Positions 51,812 through 54,120 of a stretch of DNA of 54,120 nucleotides are shown here, piece by piece. Every line of letters starts with the position of its first letter. Within the stretch, counting starts at the first letter, position 1. The stretch covers positions 1 through 54,120 of the forward strand of contig CANQTR010000003.1 of NCBI GenBank assembly GCA_947626805.1, written 5' to 3'. A model generated the notes under the pieces. That model worked only from the letters and a program-made list of their open reading frames with translations, made no database searches and was not told the DNA's origin. Source of the stretch: an uncultured Clostridia bacterium. Its GTDB lineage: Bacteria > Bacillota > Clostridia > Oscillospirales > CAG-382. The translations under genes and the position numbers were made by a program.

Positions 51812-52540
51812 ATGGAACTGCAGTTGAAAATCGAGCAGTACGAGGGTCCGCTGGACCTGCTGCTCGCGTTGATTACCAAGCACAAACTGGATATTTTCGA
51901 CATCCCGATTGCCCAAATCGCCGAGCAGTACACCGCCTATCTCGACGCCATGCAGAAACTCGACATGGAAATCGCCGGGGAATTCCTGGTCATGGCGGCG
52001 GAACTGATGCTCATCAAGAGCCGTATGCTCCTGCCGCAAAAGGAGGGCGAGGAGGACCCCCGCAAGCCCCTCGTCGACGCCCTGCTCGAACACCGGCGCG
52101 CCCGCCGGCTCGCGGAATTCCTGCAGGTCCGCTCCGAGCAGTTCTACGACCGCTTCCCCAAGCCCGCCGACGAACTGACCGACCCGACCTACCACCGCGC
52201 CCACGCGGTTTCCCTGCTGACCGAGGCGTTCGAACGAATCGCCGCGCGCGTGCAGGCGGAACCCTTGCGGCAGGACGACGTCCCGCTCTTCCGCGAATTG
52301 CGCGAGGAGCGCTACTACACGGTCGAGGAGAAACTGGACTGGCTGCACGACACGCTTGCCCGGTTCCCCCGCGTCAACTTCGACAGCCTGTTTTCGGACG
52401 TGCATTCGCGCGGGGAAATCGTCGCGATTTTCCTGTCCGTGCTGGAGGCGGTCCGGTTCGGGCAGGTGGATTTGACCCGCGACGAGGGCGGTCTGCTTTG
52501 GCTCTCCCCGATACAAGAAACCGAAGAAATCGGGGTGTAA
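51812..52540 (+). CDS. scpA: Segregation and condensation protein A
   Basis: EQYEGPLDLLLALITKHKLDIFDIPIAQI and C-terminal winged helix IVAIFLSVLE. Confidence 0.9.
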   Translation: MELQLKIEQYEGPLDLLLALITKHKLDIFDIPIAQIAEQYTAYLDAMQKLDMEIAGEFLVMAAELMLIKSRMLLPQKEGEEDPRKPLVDALLEHRRARRLAEFLQVRSEQFYDRFPKPADELTDPTYHRAHAVSLLTEAFERIAARVQAEPLRQDDVPLFRELREERYYTVEEKLDWLHDTLARFPRVNFDSLFSDVHSRGEIVAIFLSVLEAVRFGQVDLTRDEGGLLWLSPIQETEEIGV

Positions 52541-52576
52541 TCCCCAAAAATCAACCCGAAAGGCGGCGAAAATCGC

Positions 52577-53344
52577 ATGGCGAACGCCATACAAATCCCC
52601 ACGGAAATCATAGCGTCCCTTGAGGCGGTGCTGTTCGCGTGCGGCGGACCGGTGGAGGGGGAACGGTTGCGGGAACTGCTTTCGCTCTCCGCCGAGGAAC
52701 TGACGGCGGCGGCGGACCGCTTGCGGGAATCGCTGGAGACCGGCGAGCGGGGGATTCAGTTGATTCGCGTGGAGACCGCGTACCAGCTCTGCACCAAGCC
52801 GTTCGTGGCGGAAACCGTCAAGAAGGCGCTGGAACTCCGCAAATCGCCGCCGCTGTCCAAAGCGTCGCTGGAGGTGCTCGCGATTGCCGCTTACCACCAG
52901 CCGGTGACCCGTTCGTTCATCGAAATGGTCCGCGGGGTGGACAGTTCGTCCATCGTCGCGTCCCTGTGCGACAAGGGGTTGCTCGCGGAGCGCGGCGTGC
53001 TGGAAGCCCCCGGTCGACCGACCCTGTTCGGCACGACGGACGCGTTCCTTCGCTGTTTCGGACTGGATTCCCTGCAGGACCTGCCGACGGCGGATCTTTC
53101 GGTTTCGACAGACGTACCCATGGAACCAGCCTCCGCTCCCGTCGACGCGTCCGCTGTGCCGCCCGACGCAAACGCGGTTTCTACTGACGTCCCCGATGAA
53201 CCAACCGACATACCCGTCGACGCGTCCGCTATACCGCCCGACGCAAACGCGGTTTCTACCGACGTTCCCATGGAACCGACCGACGCAACCGGCGACCCAT
53301 CCGGCGACTCCGGCACGTCGTCCGACCCGAAAAATCCGGCATGA
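52577..53344 (+). CDS. scpB: Segregation and condensation protein B with repetitive acidic/Pro-rich C-terminal tail
   Basis: LEAVLFACGGPV, SKASLEVLAIAAYHQPVTRSFIEMVRGV, GRPTLFGTT. Confidence 0.9.
   Translation: MANAIQIPTEIIASLEAVLFACGGPVEGERLRELLSLSAEELTAAADRLRESLETGERGIQLIRVETAYQLCTKPFVAETVKKALELRKSPPLSKASLEVLAIAAYHQPVTRSFIEMVRGVDSSSIVASLCDKGLLAERGVLEAPGRPTLFGTTDAFLRCFGLDSLQDLPTADLSVSTDVPMEPASAPVDASAVPPDANAVSTDVPDEPTDIPVDASAIPPDANAVSTDVPMEPTDATGDPSGDSGTSSDPKNPA
53102..53290 (+). repeat. 75-nt tandem repeat (about 2.5 units) in the scpB 3' end
   Basis: Units start at 53102, 53177 and 53252, encoding VSTDVPMEPASAPVDASAVPPDANA-like 25-aa repeats. Confidence 0.85.
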
Positions 53345-54015
53345 TAGCCCTGTATATCCTGCTCGGCGTTGTGGGGTTCCTGCTGTTGCTCCTCCTGCTG
53401 GTCGGCGCGCTGAACCTGTCCGTTCGCGCCGGCTACTGTCAAACGCCGCTGGTGGTCGTCGGCGTCGGACCGTTTCGCCTGACGCTGGTCGGCGGCGAAA
53501 AGCGGGAGCGCGCGGAATCCCCCGCCCCGTCCGAGAGCGAAAAACCCCGCAAAAAGAAGAAAAAAAAGCCCAAAAAGCGCAAAAAGCCCGCCCGTCCGGC
53601 GGCGGAACCCACCCTGACGGACCTGCTGACCGCCTTTCTCGACCTGCTCGGCGGGCTGTTGCGCGATTTCAAACGGCACCTGTGCGTCGACTGCTTCCGC
53701 TTGCGCGTGCTGCTTGCGTCGGACGACGCGGCGAAAACCGCGCTCGCGTACGGCGCCGTCTGCCCGCTCGTCTACGAAGCCGGCGAACTGGCGCTGCAGG
53801 CGAAACGGGTGAAACGGGAAAACGTGAACGTGTCCGTGGAATGCGATTTTTTGGCGGACAAGCCGGAAATCGACGCGGAACTTGCCCTGTCCGTGCGCGT
53901 TTGGCGGCTCGGCGTCGTCGGTTTGCGCGCCTTGCGAAAGGTCCTGCACGCCCTCTCGCTCTTGCGCGCCTATTCCGGCAGGAAACAGAAGGAATCCGAA
54001 GAAAAGAAAGGGTAG
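53341..54015 (+). CDS. DUF2953-family (YtfI-like) sporulation-associated membrane protein
   Basis: N-terminal TM helix, Lys-rich linker, C-terminal domain; ATGA overlap with scpB; followed by a YtfJ-like gene. Confidence 0.6.
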   Translation: MIALYILLGVVGFLLLLLLLVGALNLSVRAGYCQTPLVVVGVGPFRLTLVGGEKRERAESPAPSESEKPRKKKKKKPKKRKKPARPAAEPTLTDLLTAFLDLLGGLLRDFKRHLCVDCFRLRVLLASDDAAKTALAYGAVCPLVYEAGELALQAKRVKRENVNVSVECDFLADKPEIDAELALSVRVWRLGVVGLRALRKVLHALSLLRAYSGRKQKESEEKKG

Positions 54016-54022
54016 AACAGCT

Positions 54023-54120
54023 ATGGAAACTCCCATGAAACAAATCATCGAGGAAGTCATTCGCAACGCGCAATCGGTCGCGGACGTGAATACGGTCGTC
54101 GGCGAGCCGGTCACGCTGCC
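54023..54120 (+). CDS. GerW/YtfJ-family sporulation protein, 5' part only (runs off the window)
   Basis: Hand translation METPMKQIIEEVIRNAQSVADVNTVVGEPVTL fits the YtfJ N-terminus and the ytfI-ytfJ gene order. Confidence 0.55.
   Translation, partial: METPMKQIIEEVIRNAQSVADVNTVVGEPVTL

Overview
This is a high-GC (roughly 60-65% by eye) chromosomal segment that looks like a Clostridia-type Firmicute. The supporting signs are AGGAGG-type RBSs, very canonical TTGACA-N17-TATAnT promoters, a dockerin protein, and a sporulation ytfI/ytfJ-like pair at the 3' end. All family names come from motifs read by eye; no database search was possible.

I support about 50 protein genes, one tRNA-Gln at the 5' edge, and several intrinsic terminators and promoters. 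Most genes are housekeeping:
- trmB, murE, dapF, ddl and a murF-like ligase
- rnj, secG, ribF, hslO, xseA and nusB
- gpmI, scpA and scpB

The rest includes two two-component systems (one linked to a Bce/MacB-like ABC exporter), sugar-related genes, and small membrane or hypothetical genes. The many long ORFs antisense to these genes are high-GC artefacts.

The most notable unexplained signal is a very dense interspersed repeat family. About 15 copies lie in intergenic DNA across the 54 kb. Each copy is modular: GC hairpin A, AT-looped hairpin B (1-2 units), then module C and variable tails. Paired substitutions keep the stems intact, several copies sit as tail-to-tail inverted pairs, and one copy truncates a gene. 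No transposase is present in the window.

Secondary observations:
- a MurF-type ligase whose N-domain is replaced by a polytopic membrane region
- an S11 DD-carboxypeptidase homolog lacking all three catalytic motifs
- an OmpR-type response regulator with a signal-peptide-like N-terminus
- a low-GC two-gene cassette flanked by local repeats between murE and dapF
- a 91-nt tandem duplication of a response-regulator 5' end
- in-frame tandem repeats in xseA and scpB
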